Positions 29,134 through 38,511 of a DNA stretch of 64,000 nucleotides are shown here, piece after piece. Made by a program: the position numbers and the translations under genes. Numbering within the stretch: the stretch's first letter is position 1; the number at the start of each line of letters is the position of its first letter. The DNA is from an uncultured bacterium (GTDB lineage Bacteria > Krumholzibacteriota > Krumholzibacteriia > LZORAL124-64-63), in assembly GCA_963727525.1 (NCBI GenBank), contig CAVSGO010000005.1:480001-544000 (forward strand), in the 5' to 3' direction. The notes below the pieces were generated by a model. It searched no databases. It was not told the DNA's origin and saw nothing but the letters and a program-made list of their open reading frames with translations.

Positions 29134-30053
29134 TTCGCCTCACCACCCCACACGAAGGTGAGTCCGAACTGGTGGGTCGAGTCAAGCACGCCACCGCCCG
29201 TCGAGAAGCCGTACTGCACGGCCACACCGTGCACAGTATAGCCGAAGCCCGCCGTGAGCTTGCCGGGATTGGTCACCACGCCGCCGCGCAGGACGAAGCC
29301 GTCCACCACGCTGAACTCGATGCCGCCCCGGTACTGGACCTCATGATCGAGATGGTTGGCCACCTCGAAGGAAGTGATCACGCCGGTGTAGGGCTCGTAG
29401 GCCACGCCGCCCTTGACGAGCTGCGGCAGCTCCTCCTGATCGATACCGATGTTGGGCTGGTTCAGGTTGTGCACCAGGAAGCCCAGATGGGTGCGCTCGT
29501 GCAGGGTCACGGCCATGCCCACATCCACCCCGACGCTGCTGTCGTTGCCGGGATCGGTGCTCCCGGCGAACTCGTTGTCCCAATCGCCGACCGTGTCGGC
29601 GAACTTCAGGTGGAAGACGTTCAGGGAACCGCCCAACGTGATCGTGGAATGCATGTCGTCGTAGAGCACCACGCCGTAGCCGGCCGACAGCGTGAGCTCG
29701 GTCATCAGGTCCACCGCGCCCTGAGTCACGGAGAACCGACGCATGCCCACACCCACGGCGCCGGCCTTGCCAGGCAGCGGGATCGCCGCCCCGATGAAGG
29801 CCTGGCGCGCGAAGGCGAGGCCATAGGGTTGGACGTAGGTCGCCGCCAGGGTGGGTCGGTCGGCCCGCGCGAGGAACGCCGGGTTCGTGGCGACGGCGAA
29901 GGGCGCGTCGGCCACGGCCACGCTCGCCTCCCCCATGCCCCGCGCGCGCGGATCGATCGTCACGTCCTCGAACGCCGCGCGCGCCGCCAGCGGCGCCAGC
30001 AGCACGAGGGCGAGAATGAGGCGGCTGACCAGGATTCTCGGTGTGCGCGTCAT
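29130..30053 (-). CDS. PorV/PorQ-family outer-membrane protein
   Basis: Signal peptide; PRARGMGEA.VAVAD....TNPA.L; LRGG, AGFG, HQFGL.F. Confidence 0.75.
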   Translation of the reverse strand: MTRTPRILVSRLILALVLLAPLAARAAFEDVTIDPRARGMGEASVAVADAPFAVATNPAFLARADRPTLAATYVQPYGLAFARQAFIGAAIPLPGKAGAVGVGMRRFSVTQGAVDLMTELTLSAGYGVVLYDDMHSTITLGGSLNVFHLKFADTVGDWDNEFAGSTDPGNDSSVGVDVGMAVTLHERTHLGFLVHNLNQPNIGIDQEELPQLVKGGVAYEPYTGVITSFEVANHLDHEVQYRGGIEFSVVDGFVLRGGVVTNPGKLTAGFGYTVHGVAVQYGFSTGGGVLDSTHQFGLTFVWGGEAK

Positions 30054-30064
30054 CGCTTCCTCTC

Positions 30065-32455
30065 CTACTTCAGCCGCGTGGCCACGACCACGGGTACGGT
30101 TTTCGTTTCCTCGTCACCGGTCGTCTCGTCGACCACCGACAGATGGGCCACGTACACGCCCGCTCGCACGAGCTCGTAATCCTGGTCGCGACCATCCCAG
30201 ACGACCACCTTGTGCAGGTTGGTTGGAACGGCATCGAAATGGCTATCGAAGAGCGTGACCACGAGCCGCCCATCGAGATCGTAGAGCCGCAGACGGGTCT
30301 CGCTGTTCTCCCGGGTCCCAAACGTGATGGGGAACGTCTCGCCCAGACGCGGCAAGAACGTCCGCGACGGCACCGAGAGCGCGACACCCTCGCCCACCGC
30401 GGGCTCCCCACCGCCACCGTTGCCCCCGCCGGTCGGCGGATCCGGCGTGGCGGTTTCCGCTGCGAAGGTGACGCTCCAGTTCTCGCTCAGCTCGTCGCGC
30501 CCATCGACGCCGTTGCTCCCGGTTGCGATCTGTTCACCCTCGTTCATGTCGATGCGGGTGTACGACTCGCCAACCGCATGTGCGAACATGATCGTGTCCT
30601 GATTGGCCGGCGCCGTGTCGGGCGCGTAGGACGTGGGAGTCGTGTCCGGATCGATGCCGTCGATGCTCACACCGGTCTTCGAGAAGCGGTAGGAGCTGCC
30701 GTTGCCCCAGATCACGATGTCGATATCGGTGACGAGATCGGAGAGCTGGTCCCAGTAATAGAGGATGACCAGCTCGCCATTGCCGGTATCGACGTTGAAA
30801 TTCGTCAGATCGCCGTACTGGCTCAGCACGTTGCTGCCGTCGAAGACCGGGACCATGTCGGGTACATCGTCGGGCACGGCGCCGTCCTCGAACATCTCGA
30901 AATCCGGCAAGACGCCGAACTGTCCCTCGAAGCCGTCACTGCCGCCGAGCGACACGGTCACCCGATCGCCGGCCGCCACGACCGCATCGGCCGGGAAGCG
31001 GATGTGGAAATCGCCGAACGTGCCGTCGCCGCCGACGTTGTCGGCAGTGGGGTTGCCCTCGACAACGCGCCAGTAATATTCCGAGCTCGGCGCATAGAGC
31101 GCGTCGGTCAGGTAATAGTTGGCCAGCGACACGTCAAAGTCGTTGGGATTGTCGATCTCGACGAACTCGCCGGGCGTGGGCGTGGTGCACACCTCGGTGA
31201 AGAGCAGCTTGGCCGGCCCCTCGCCCTGCTGGGGCGCCTCGATCACACCGAAGGTGTTCGCGTGGGCGAAACCTCCCATGGGCACGGTCGCGGTGGCCCC
31301 CTCGGTGGTGGCCGCCGTCACGTACCAGGCGACGGTGTCTTCCACCGCGAGCCCCTCGATCGCGGCCGTCCAGGCGCTCGCCGCGCCGGAGGTGCCGGGG
31401 AGCGTCTGCTCGTCGCCGCCGTTGACGGCGTAGTGGAACGTCACCGCCGCCAGCGCGTCATGGCTGAGCACCGTGGCCGCGAGGGTGACCGGCAAGCCGG
31501 CGTAGGCGGGACTCGAGGCAGTGGCCGCGGTGACGATCGGCGCCGTGCGATACCAGGTCTCCGGTGCGGCCGCCGGCTCCTGCGTCGACACGTCGTGCCA
31601 GCTCGCCGCAAGATTCTCGCTCGTCTCGTCGTGTCCCGTGAGGCCGTTGCCGCCCGACTCCGCCTCGCCCGTCTCGTCGAAGGAGAGACGCTGCAGGGAG
31701 TGGCCAAAGGTGGGCGCGGCGGCCAGGGCAGGGTGCTGCGACGCCACCGGGGTATCGTCCAGGTACGTGCTCGAAGCCTGGTCGACATCGACACCGTCGA
31801 TGGCCACGCCCGTCTTGTCCACGCGCACGCGCGTGTCGCTGCCATAGACGAGATAGTCGAGGTCCTGGACGAGATCCGTCGCACCGTCCCAGCGATACAT
31901 GACGATGCTGTCGAACGTATCGCTCAGCCTGGGCACGTTCGAGCCCGAGCTGCCGAGGCCCGCGCCGATGGACCCCGGGGCCACGGCGCGCATCTCCGGT
32001 ACGGCGTCCGGCGCGGTGCCGTCCTCGAAGAGTTCGAGGTCGGGCTGATGCCCGTAGTTGAGCTGGAAATCTGCCGAGCCCTTGAGCGCGATCACCAGCG
32101 TGTCGCCGGCAGCGATCGTCATCCCGTCGGGGAAGCGGCAGTGGAAGTTGCCCGACGAGCTGGCGCCGACGCCACCGTCCTGGACGATGGTCCAGTAGAA
32201 CCTGTCGAGCGAGACGTCCTGCGTGGTGGCGATGTAGACGTCGGAAAGATCGACGTCGGCGGCGGTCGGATTGGCGATCTCGATGAACGGACTGCCGTAG
32301 TACGTGGGCGGCCGCGGTTCCCGCTCCCTCACAACGATTTCCGTGAGGACGAGATGGTCGGCTGCGGCCCGGACGACGGGCACGACCGCGAGGCCGCTGA
32401 CCACCGCCAGGACCAGACCGAGGGTCCGCGGCGTGAGACGACGGCAAGATGTCAT
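30065..32455 (-). CDS. Secreted protein with two lamin-tail-domain repeats and a variant FlgD/T9SS-like tail
   Basis: LVLTEI...FIEIANPT..VDLS and LLFTEV...FVEIDNPN..VSLA repeats; tail RLYDLDGRLV...WDGRD...AGVY; GAAGGAG SD before ATG 32455. Confidence 0.78.
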   Translation of the reverse strand: MTSCRRLTPRTLGLVLAVVSGLAVVPVVRAAADHLVLTEIVVREREPRPPTYYGSPFIEIANPTAADVDLSDVYIATTQDVSLDRFYWTIVQDGGVGASSSGNFHCRFPDGMTIAAGDTLVIALKGSADFQLNYGHQPDLELFEDGTAPDAVPEMRAVAPGSIGAGLGSSGSNVPRLSDTFDSIVMYRWDGATDLVQDLDYLVYGSDTRVRVDKTGVAIDGVDVDQASSTYLDDTPVASQHPALAAAPTFGHSLQRLSFDETGEAESGGNGLTGHDETSENLAASWHDVSTQEPAAAPETWYRTAPIVTAATASSPAYAGLPVTLAATVLSHDALAAVTFHYAVNGGDEQTLPGTSGAASAWTAAIEGLAVEDTVAWYVTAATTEGATATVPMGGFAHANTFGVIEAPQQGEGPAKLLFTEVCTTPTPGEFVEIDNPNDFDVSLANYYLTDALYAPSSEYYWRVVEGNPTADNVGGDGTFGDFHIRFPADAVVAAGDRVTVSLGGSDGFEGQFGVLPDFEMFEDGAVPDDVPDMVPVFDGSNVLSQYGDLTNFNVDTGNGELVILYYWDQLSDLVTDIDIVIWGNGSSYRFSKTGVSIDGIDPDTTPTSYAPDTAPANQDTIMFAHAVGESYTRIDMNEGEQIATGSNGVDGRDELSENWSVTFAAETATPDPPTGGGNGGGGEPAVGEGVALSVPSRTFLPRLGETFPITFGTRENSETRLRLYDLDGRLVVTLFDSHFDAVPTNLHKVVVWDGRDQDYELVRAGVYVAHLSVVDETTGDEETKTVPVVVATRLK

Positions 32456-32566
32456 CGGGACACTCTCCTTCGGAGGCTTCTGCGCAATGAGGACGCTTAG
32501 GATAGTTGGGGGGGTGGGGCCAGGCAAGTCGTTAATCTCCCGCATGCCGTGGTCCGCGCGCTGCGA

Positions 32567-33040
32567 TCAGGCGGGAAAACGGCTCTCGGTCTCGGCGAGG
32601 GCGTCGCGCAGGTCGTCGGGGCTCTCGGCCTTACGCAATGCCGACAGGAGCTGACCGCTACGCACGAGGCGGGTGAGGCGGGCCAGCACCCGCAGCATCT
32701 GGCGCGGATCGTCGCGCGGGCCGACGATGAGGATGACGACGTCGACCGGCAACGCATCGTCGCCGTCGGGATCGGGGGCGAGCGGGGTGACGAGGGTGGC
32801 CAGGGCGAGGTGAACGCGGTCGACGCCCGCGAACCGGGCATGTGGCAGCGCTAGACCTTCTCCCACCGACGTGGAACTCTCCTCCTCGCGGCGAAGGATC
32901 TCCTCGACCAGGGCTTCGGGCTCCTTCAGGCCCAGGGAGGCGACGAGGGCCGACACCAGCAGACGCATCAACTCGGCGCGGTCGTGGCACTCGAGCCGCG
33001 GCAGGAATGCCCCTTCTGTTGTATAGTCCACCAGCTTCAT
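32567..33040 (-). CDS. Second PTS EIIA domain protein
   Basis: REE.SSTSVGEGLALPHAR. Confidence 0.85.
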   Translation of the reverse strand: MKLVDYTTEGAFLPRLECHDRAELMRLLVSALVASLGLKEPEALVEEILRREEESSTSVGEGLALPHARFAGVDRVHLALATLVTPLAPDPDGDDALPVDVVILIVGPRDDPRQMLRVLARLTRLVRSGQLLSALRKAESPDDLRDALAETESRFPA

Positions 33041-33103
33041 GGCACCGAACTTATAGGGGCAGAGGCGTCCTGTCCAGTTTCCCACGGGAGTTCAGGGATT
33101 TTC

Positions 33104-34624
33104 GTGCACGATCCATTCGCACCGCTGGTTCGCAAGAAGCGACTGGCCGCGGCCCTCGCCGGGCTCGGTCGTCGCGTGCAACGACCATGGCGACCGTCCC
33201 GTATCGCGCCGGGACGCGCCGGACCCCCCAACCTGTTGATCATCGGCGTCGACACGCTGCGCTGGGACCACCTGAGCCTCGCCGGCTACCCCCGACCCAC
33301 CTCGCCGCGGCTGGACACGCTGGCGCGGGGCGGTTGCGTCTTCACCGACGTCATGGCGGCGGCGCCCTGGACCCTGCCTTCCTTCGCCAGCGCCCTCACC
33401 GGGCTGATGCCGGGCCTGCACGGGGGCCGCCTCGTGGGCGCGTTGCGCAACATGGACGAGCAACCGCCGCAGCGGCTGGACGACCGCGTGGTCTCGCTGG
33501 CCGGCCACCTGCGCCGGCACGGCTACCGTACCGCCGCGTTCTACGCCAACGCCTACTTCACGTTCGGTCTGGCCGAGAGCTTCGACGACCATACGTACGT
33601 CAACCTGCCCGCGGCCGAGGTCTGCGCCCGGGCCGCCGACTGGATGCGCCGCCATGGCGACCGGCCCTTCGTCTGCTTCCTGCTGCTCAACGACCCCCAT
33701 GAACCCACCACGCCGCCGCCCGCGGACCTGCACGCCATGCTCACCACGCTCGCGGACGCCGAACCGCAGCCGTCGCCCGAGCGGCTGCGCGGCCTGGCCA
33801 CCTGGGGCAGCCCCGGGTCGCCGGATTCCCACCTCGGTCTCTCGCCGTGGCCGCTACCGGAGTCGATCCGGCATCTGCAGCGACTCAAGGTCGCGATCTA
33901 CGACGCCACGATCCGTGCCGTCGACCGCGCCATCGGCGACCTCGCCGACCAGCTCGCACGCTGGCATCTGGACACCTGCACGATCACCACGGTGTTCAGC
34001 GACCACGGGGAGGAGTTCCTCGACCACGCGGCCGAAGCCCATGCCTGGGGCCACGATCCCCGCCGGATACGCGGCATCGGGCATGGCCACACGCAGTTCC
34101 AGGAGCTGCTGCACGTGCCGTGGCTGAGCTGGGGCCCGGGAGTCCCGGTGGGCACGGTCTGGGAGCGGCCAGTGTCGCTGTGCGATCTCGCCCCCACCCT
34201 GCTCGACTGGTCGGGCAACCCGCCCCTGCCACTACCCGCACCGGCGTGTACGGGACTGGTGGGACAGTCGCTGGCACCGCTGGTCGGCGCACCCGACGAC
34301 GTGACGATCGCCGGGCGCTGGCTGCTGGCCGAGGCCCTCGCGTTCGGCCCCGACCTCGTGGCGGTGCGCCGCGGCCGCTGGAAGCTCATCGCCCATCGCG
34401 ACGGACGCCCCCTCGGGCTCTACGACCTCGCGGACGACCCCACAGAGCGCGACGACCGGCAGCACCTGCACGCCGATATCCTGCGCGATATGCAGGGCCA
34501 CCTCTCGCGGTGGCGTCAGGCTACCGGCAAGGCCGACCCGGCGCCCCCGGGCAAATCGGCGGCCTGGAGCGACTTCGACGACGAGGTGCGCAAGCGATTG
34601 CGGGATCTGGGCTATGGGGAGTAG
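33104..34624 (+). CDS. Sulfatase-like hydrolase/transferase (alkaline phosphatase superfamily)
   Basis: PNLLIIGVDTLR.DH, PWTLPSFAS.LTG, DPH.P, SDHGEEF.DH, LHVP, LYDL..DP.E, L..LGY. Confidence 0.85.
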   Translation: MHDPFAPLVRKKRLAAALAGLGRRVQRPWRPSRIAPGRAGPPNLLIIGVDTLRWDHLSLAGYPRPTSPRLDTLARGGCVFTDVMAAAPWTLPSFASALTGLMPGLHGGRLVGALRNMDEQPPQRLDDRVVSLAGHLRRHGYRTAAFYANAYFTFGLAESFDDHTYVNLPAAEVCARAADWMRRHGDRPFVCFLLLNDPHEPTTPPPADLHAMLTTLADAEPQPSPERLRGLATWGSPGSPDSHLGLSPWPLPESIRHLQRLKVAIYDATIRAVDRAIGDLADQLARWHLDTCTITTVFSDHGEEFLDHAAEAHAWGHDPRRIRGIGHGHTQFQELLHVPWLSWGPGVPVGTVWERPVSLCDLAPTLLDWSGNPPLPLPAPACTGLVGQSLAPLVGAPDDVTIAGRWLLAEALAFGPDLVAVRRGRWKLIAHRDGRPLGLYDLADDPTERDDRQHLHADILRDMQGHLSRWRQATGKADPAPPGKSAAWSDFDDEVRKRLRDLGYGE

Positions 34625-35070
34625 GTCGGGCCGAGGCTCGGCAGGAGCGCGTCCAGTATCCGTCCGTGATCGAAGGCGAGTGGCGGCAGGGCGTCGAGGG
34701 GGAACCAATCGGCCGCAGCGGCGTCGTCGCCGCCCACGACCGGCGGCGCCTCGCCGTCGAGTTCGACCACGTAGACCACCGACACGGTGTGGCCGCGCGG
34801 ATCGCGGTCCGGAGCGCCGAAGGTGTGGAACTGGCGCAGAGCGAGTCCGTCCAGCCCGGTCTCCTCGCGGAGTTCGCGCGCCACGGCGAGATCGGGATCC
34901 TCCCCGTAATCCACGAACCCTCCCGGGAGCGCCCACTGGCCCGCGAAAGGGTCGCGGCCGCGCTGCACGAGCAGCACGCGGTCGCGCCCTGTCGCCTCCG
35001 CCGCGCCCTCACGGCAGAGGACGACCGCGTCGACGGTCAGGGCCGGTCTGCGGTAACCGTCATCGCTCAC
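34612..35070 (-). CDS. NUDIX hydrolase
   Basis: Nudix box GGFVDYGE....AVARELREETGL, RDPRG, LAFDH; GTGA overlap with the STAS gene. Confidence 0.9.
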   Translation of the reverse strand: MSDDGYRRPALTVDAVVLCREGAAEATGRDRVLLVQRGRDPFAGQWALPGGFVDYGEDPDLAVARELREETGLDGLALRQFHTFGAPDRDPRGHTVSVVYVVELDGEAPPVVGGDDAAAADWFPLDALPPLAFDHGRILDALLPSLGPTYSP

Positions 35071-35417
35071 TTCGAGTCGACCGCAAACGACGCCAGCGCG
35101 GCTTCCTGGGTGTCGAACGTGTCGAAGACGAGCTTGAGCTGGGTCACGTTCAGGATGTTGTCGATCCGCTCGCTCACCGCACAGATCTTGAGGCGGCCGT
35201 CGTTCTTCTTGAGCGTATGGAAGGCCGAGACCAGGATGCCCAGCCCGGTGGAGTTGATCCACGTGACCTTGGACATGTTCATCAGGATATCGACGTGCCC
35301 CTCCTTGATCAGGGTCTTCACCTCGCCCTGCAACTTCTCGTAGTCGGGACCACCCATGATCTTGCCGCCGAGATTCAGAACCATGACCTCGCCCATATTC
35401 TGCTTCGAGATGTTCAT
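35067..35417 (-). CDS. STAS-domain anti-sigma factor antagonist
   Basis: V.WINSTGLGILV, L.VTQL..VF. Confidence 0.9.
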   Translation of the reverse strand: MNISKQNMGEVMVLNLGGKIMGGPDYEKLQGEVKTLIKEGHVDILMNMSKVTWINSTGLGILVSAFHTLKKNDGRLKICAVSERIDNILNVTQLKLVFDTFDTQEAALASFAVDSK

Positions 35418-35590
35418 CGCTGACTCCCTTGGACACGCTCCGGCTGTCTCCGCCCGTAGATTCGGCGCAATGCGTAGAATGGGGAGAAACGACGTCCAGC
35501 GCAACCCTCGACTGGACCTCCCCGGGGCGGTTTTGGTACATTGGCATCAACTGCCACGACCCCCGTGGATGCGTCGGGAGGACGCGAACC

Positions 35591-37054
35591 ATGCCCACCG
35601 TGCGTCCCGCTGTCCTTGCCGGCACCTGGTACCCCGCCCAGCCGGGGCCACTGCGCAATCACGTCGCCTCGTACCTCGCCATGAGTGAACGCAGCGACCA
35701 GCCGCAGGGCAAGCCCAGGATCGCCGTGGTCCCGCACGCCGGCTACCGGCACAGCGGACCCACCGCCGGCAAGCTCTACGGCCTGCTCGCCGGATTTGCC
35801 TACGACGCGGTATTCATCCTCGCGCCGAGCCATCGCGCGCGTCTGCGGCGCGCCGCGCTGTCGAGCATGACAGCGTATGCCACGCCGCTCGGCGAGGTGC
35901 CCGTGGCCGTGGATATCGTGCAGACGCTGGCGGCCACGCCGTACTTCGACATCGACGACGGCGCCCACGCGATGGAGCACGCGGTGGAAATCCAGCTGCC
36001 GCTGCTGCAGTGCGCGCTGCCGGCCGGCACGCCGATCGTCCCCATCCTCGTCCCCCATCTCGACCGCGCGTCGCGGCTGCACACTGCCGGCACCCTCGAC
36101 CCCTGGCGGGATGCCCGGCATCTGTTCCTCATCTCGAGCGATTTCACCCACTATGGCGACGAGTACGGCTTCGTGCCGTTCACGGATGACGTACCGCAGC
36201 GGATCGAACAGCTCGACACGGGGGCGATCCTGAAGATCCTGGCTCACGACAGCGACGGGCTCATCGAGTACGGCTCGGCCACCGGCATCACGATGTGCGG
36301 CCTCGACGCCGCGGCCGTCGTGCTGCTGGGCGCGCCGCCGGCCGGCTACGAGGCCGCGCTCCTCGGCTACGCGCGAAGCGCCGACGACGATCCCGGCGCG
36401 ACGATGTCCGTGAGCTACGCCGCCATCGTACTCTGCGCCGACGACGACGCCGTCGCCCCTGGCGCCACGCCGGGGCCGGCCGCATTCACACCGCCGGAAC
36501 GCGCGTTCCTGCTCGACCTGGCGCGGGCGGCCGTCACCGCGGCGGCGCGCGGGCACACCGCCCCATCGGCCGCGAGTTTCGCCGCGATGCGCGGCATCGC
36601 CCTCGGGACCGCGCTCCAGGCACGGCGGGGCGTTTTCGTCACGCTCAACGACCGCGGCGGGCACCTGAGAGGCTGCATCGGCACGATCGAGGGCGAGCTT
36701 CCAGTGGTCGATGCGGTGGTCGACAGCGCCACCGGCGCCGCCCTGGCCGACCCACGATTCGTCCCGCTGCGCGAGTCCGAGCTTGACGGGACCACGATCG
36801 AGGTTTCCATACTGACTCCCACGCGGGCGGTGCCCGGCCCGCAGGCGATCGAGATCGGCCGGCACGGGATCGTGCTGCGCAAGGGAAGGCGCAAGGCCGT
36901 GTTCCTACCTCATGTCGCGCCGCAGCAGGGCTGGGACCTCGCGACGACTCTCGACCATCTGGCCATCAAGGCGGGCCTGGCGGCCGACGGTTGGCGCAAC
37001 GGAAGCGAATTCCACGTTTTCGAGGCCGAAATCCTCGGCGAGGAGCGGGATTGA
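35591..37054 (+). CDS. AmmeMemoRadiSam protein B (MEMO1) - protein A (AMMECR1) fusion
   Basis: VRP...AG.WYP, PHAGY..SG, EH..E.QLP.LQ, SSDFTHYG, TMCG; then GVFVTL, LRGCIG, DPRF, EVSIL, FLP.V, KAG. Confidence 0.9.
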   Translation: MPTVRPAVLAGTWYPAQPGPLRNHVASYLAMSERSDQPQGKPRIAVVPHAGYRHSGPTAGKLYGLLAGFAYDAVFILAPSHRARLRRAALSSMTAYATPLGEVPVAVDIVQTLAATPYFDIDDGAHAMEHAVEIQLPLLQCALPAGTPIVPILVPHLDRASRLHTAGTLDPWRDARHLFLISSDFTHYGDEYGFVPFTDDVPQRIEQLDTGAILKILAHDSDGLIEYGSATGITMCGLDAAAVVLLGAPPAGYEAALLGYARSADDDPGATMSVSYAAIVLCADDDAVAPGATPGPAAFTPPERAFLLDLARAAVTAAARGHTAPSAASFAAMRGIALGTALQARRGVFVTLNDRGGHLRGCIGTIEGELPVVDAVVDSATGAALADPRFVPLRESELDGTTIEVSILTPTRAVPGPQAIEIGRHGIVLRKGRRKAVFLPHVAPQQGWDLATTLDHLAIKAGLAADGWRNGSEFHVFEAEILGEERD

Positions 37055-37177
37055 ATGCCGGCACGTGAAAATCGTTTGTTCGCGGAGGGCTGTGGGGCTA
37101 TTTTGGGCGGTCGGCAAGATGCCGCCGCGAACGTCCCCGATCCCCCGCTACCTAGCCCGAACCCGGTGACGGAGAGC

Positions 37178-38356
37178 ATGGGCCTTCTGGACAAGTGCCG
37201 GAAATTCCGGACCGCCCGCGACCTGATGGACGCAGGGCTCTACAATTACTTTCGCACCATCGAATCGGCCCAGGAGAACACGGTCCGGTATAAAGGTCAC
37301 GAAGTCATCATGCTGGGCAGCAACAACTACCTGGGGTTGACCAATCATCCCAAGGTGAAGGAAGCGGCCCAGCTGGCCATCGCCAAGTACGGCACGGGTT
37401 GCGCGGGTTCACGTTTCCTCAACGGCACGCTCGACATCCACGTGGAGCTCGAGCAGAAGCTCGCCGCCCTCGTGGGCAAGGAGCGCGCCCAGCTCTTCTC
37501 CACGGGATTCTTCGCGAACCTGGGCACCATCTCCACCATCGTGGGCCGCAACGACGTGGCCATCGTCGACCGCACCGACCATGCCTCCATCATCGACGGC
37601 ACCCGCATGAGTTTCGGCCGCGTGGCGAAGTACAAGCACCAGGACATGGAGAGCCTGGAGTACCTGCTGCAGCGCGAGCGGGAGACGGACAAGCTGGTCA
37701 TCGTCGACGGCGTGTTCTCCATGGAGGGCGACATCGCGCGCCTGCCGGACATCGTCGCGCTGTCCAAGCAGTACGGCGCGCAGACCATGGTGGACGATGC
37801 GCACGGCCTTGGTGTGCTCGGTGACCATGGGCGCGGCACCTGCAACCATTTCGGGCTCACCGACGACGTCGACATCATCGTCGGAACCTTCAGCAAGAGC
37901 CTGGCCTCCGTGGGTGGCTTCGTGGCGGCCGACGCCGACACGATCCACTACATCCAGCACCTCGCCCGTGTGCTCATCTTCTCGGCCAGCCCGCCGCCCG
38001 CGTCGGTGGCCTCGGTCTCGGCCGCCATCGACGTGATGCTCGAGGAAGACTGGCGACACGAGGCCCTGTGGCGCAACACGCACATCATGCTGGAGCGGCT
38101 GCGCGGCGCCGGCTTCGATACCGGCCCCAGCGAGACGCCGGTGATCCCCGCCGTCGTCGGCGACGACCAGATCGCCTTCAAGATGTGCGTGCGCTGTTTC
38201 GATGAGGGCGTGTTCATCAACCCGGTGGTGTCGCCCGCCGTGGAACCGGGGCATGCGCTGATCCGGCTCAGCCTCATGGCCACTCACACCGAGGACGAGA
38301 TCCACAAGGCCATGGACATCATGACGAAGGTGGGCAAGGACCTCGGGGTGGTCTGA
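37178..38356 (+). CDS. spt: Serine palmitoyltransferase (alpha-oxoamine synthase family)
   Basis: GSNNYLGLT.HP, YGTGCAGSRFLNGTLD.H, DHASI, DGVFSMEGD, DDAHG, GTFSKSL, IFSAS. Resembles Bacteroides-type Spt; neighbours support it. Confidence 0.8.
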   Translation: MGLLDKCRKFRTARDLMDAGLYNYFRTIESAQENTVRYKGHEVIMLGSNNYLGLTNHPKVKEAAQLAIAKYGTGCAGSRFLNGTLDIHVELEQKLAALVGKERAQLFSTGFFANLGTISTIVGRNDVAIVDRTDHASIIDGTRMSFGRVAKYKHQDMESLEYLLQRERETDKLVIVDGVFSMEGDIARLPDIVALSKQYGAQTMVDDAHGLGVLGDHGRGTCNHFGLTDDVDIIVGTFSKSLASVGGFVAADADTIHYIQHLARVLIFSASPPPASVASVSAAIDVMLEEDWRHEALWRNTHIMLERLRGAGFDTGPSETPVIPAVVGDDQIAFKMCVRCFDEGVFINPVVSPAVEPGHALIRLSLMATHTEDEIHKAMDIMTKVGKDLGVV

Positions 38357-38383
38357 ACGCCGCCCCACCGCCCGTACGACCTC

Positions 38384-38421
38384 CGACCCCCGGTCCCCGA
38401 TCGGGGGTCGCGTCTTTGTTT
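38384..38421 (+). terminator. Intrinsic terminator-like hairpin after spt
   Basis: CGACCCCCG/CGGGGGTCG stem followed by CGTCTTTGTTT. Confidence 0.6.
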
Positions 38422-38511
38422 CTCCGACCCCGGCAGTTGACGATTGTCCCGTGACGCGGTAAGTCTTTGTCCTGCACCACACGCCCGTCGTCCACGAACC
38501 AGGGAGCCGTC

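Noticed and set aside
30041-32500. Long antisense or alternate-frame ORFs (e.g. 30041-32500+, 44124-46550+, 50679-53288+, 23415-25301+, 6374-8119+)
   Set aside because: Shadow ORFs expected at high GC. They are Arg/Gly/Ala-rich, have no motifs and lie opposite well-supported genes.
36660-36685. Sec in the AMMECR1 LRGCIG motif
   Set aside because: The codon is TGC (Cys), not TGA.
37178-38356. BioF or Kbl assignment for the alpha-oxoamine synthase
   Set aside because: No bio or tdh genes nearby; sequence and neighbours fit Spt better. Not excluded without a phylogeny.
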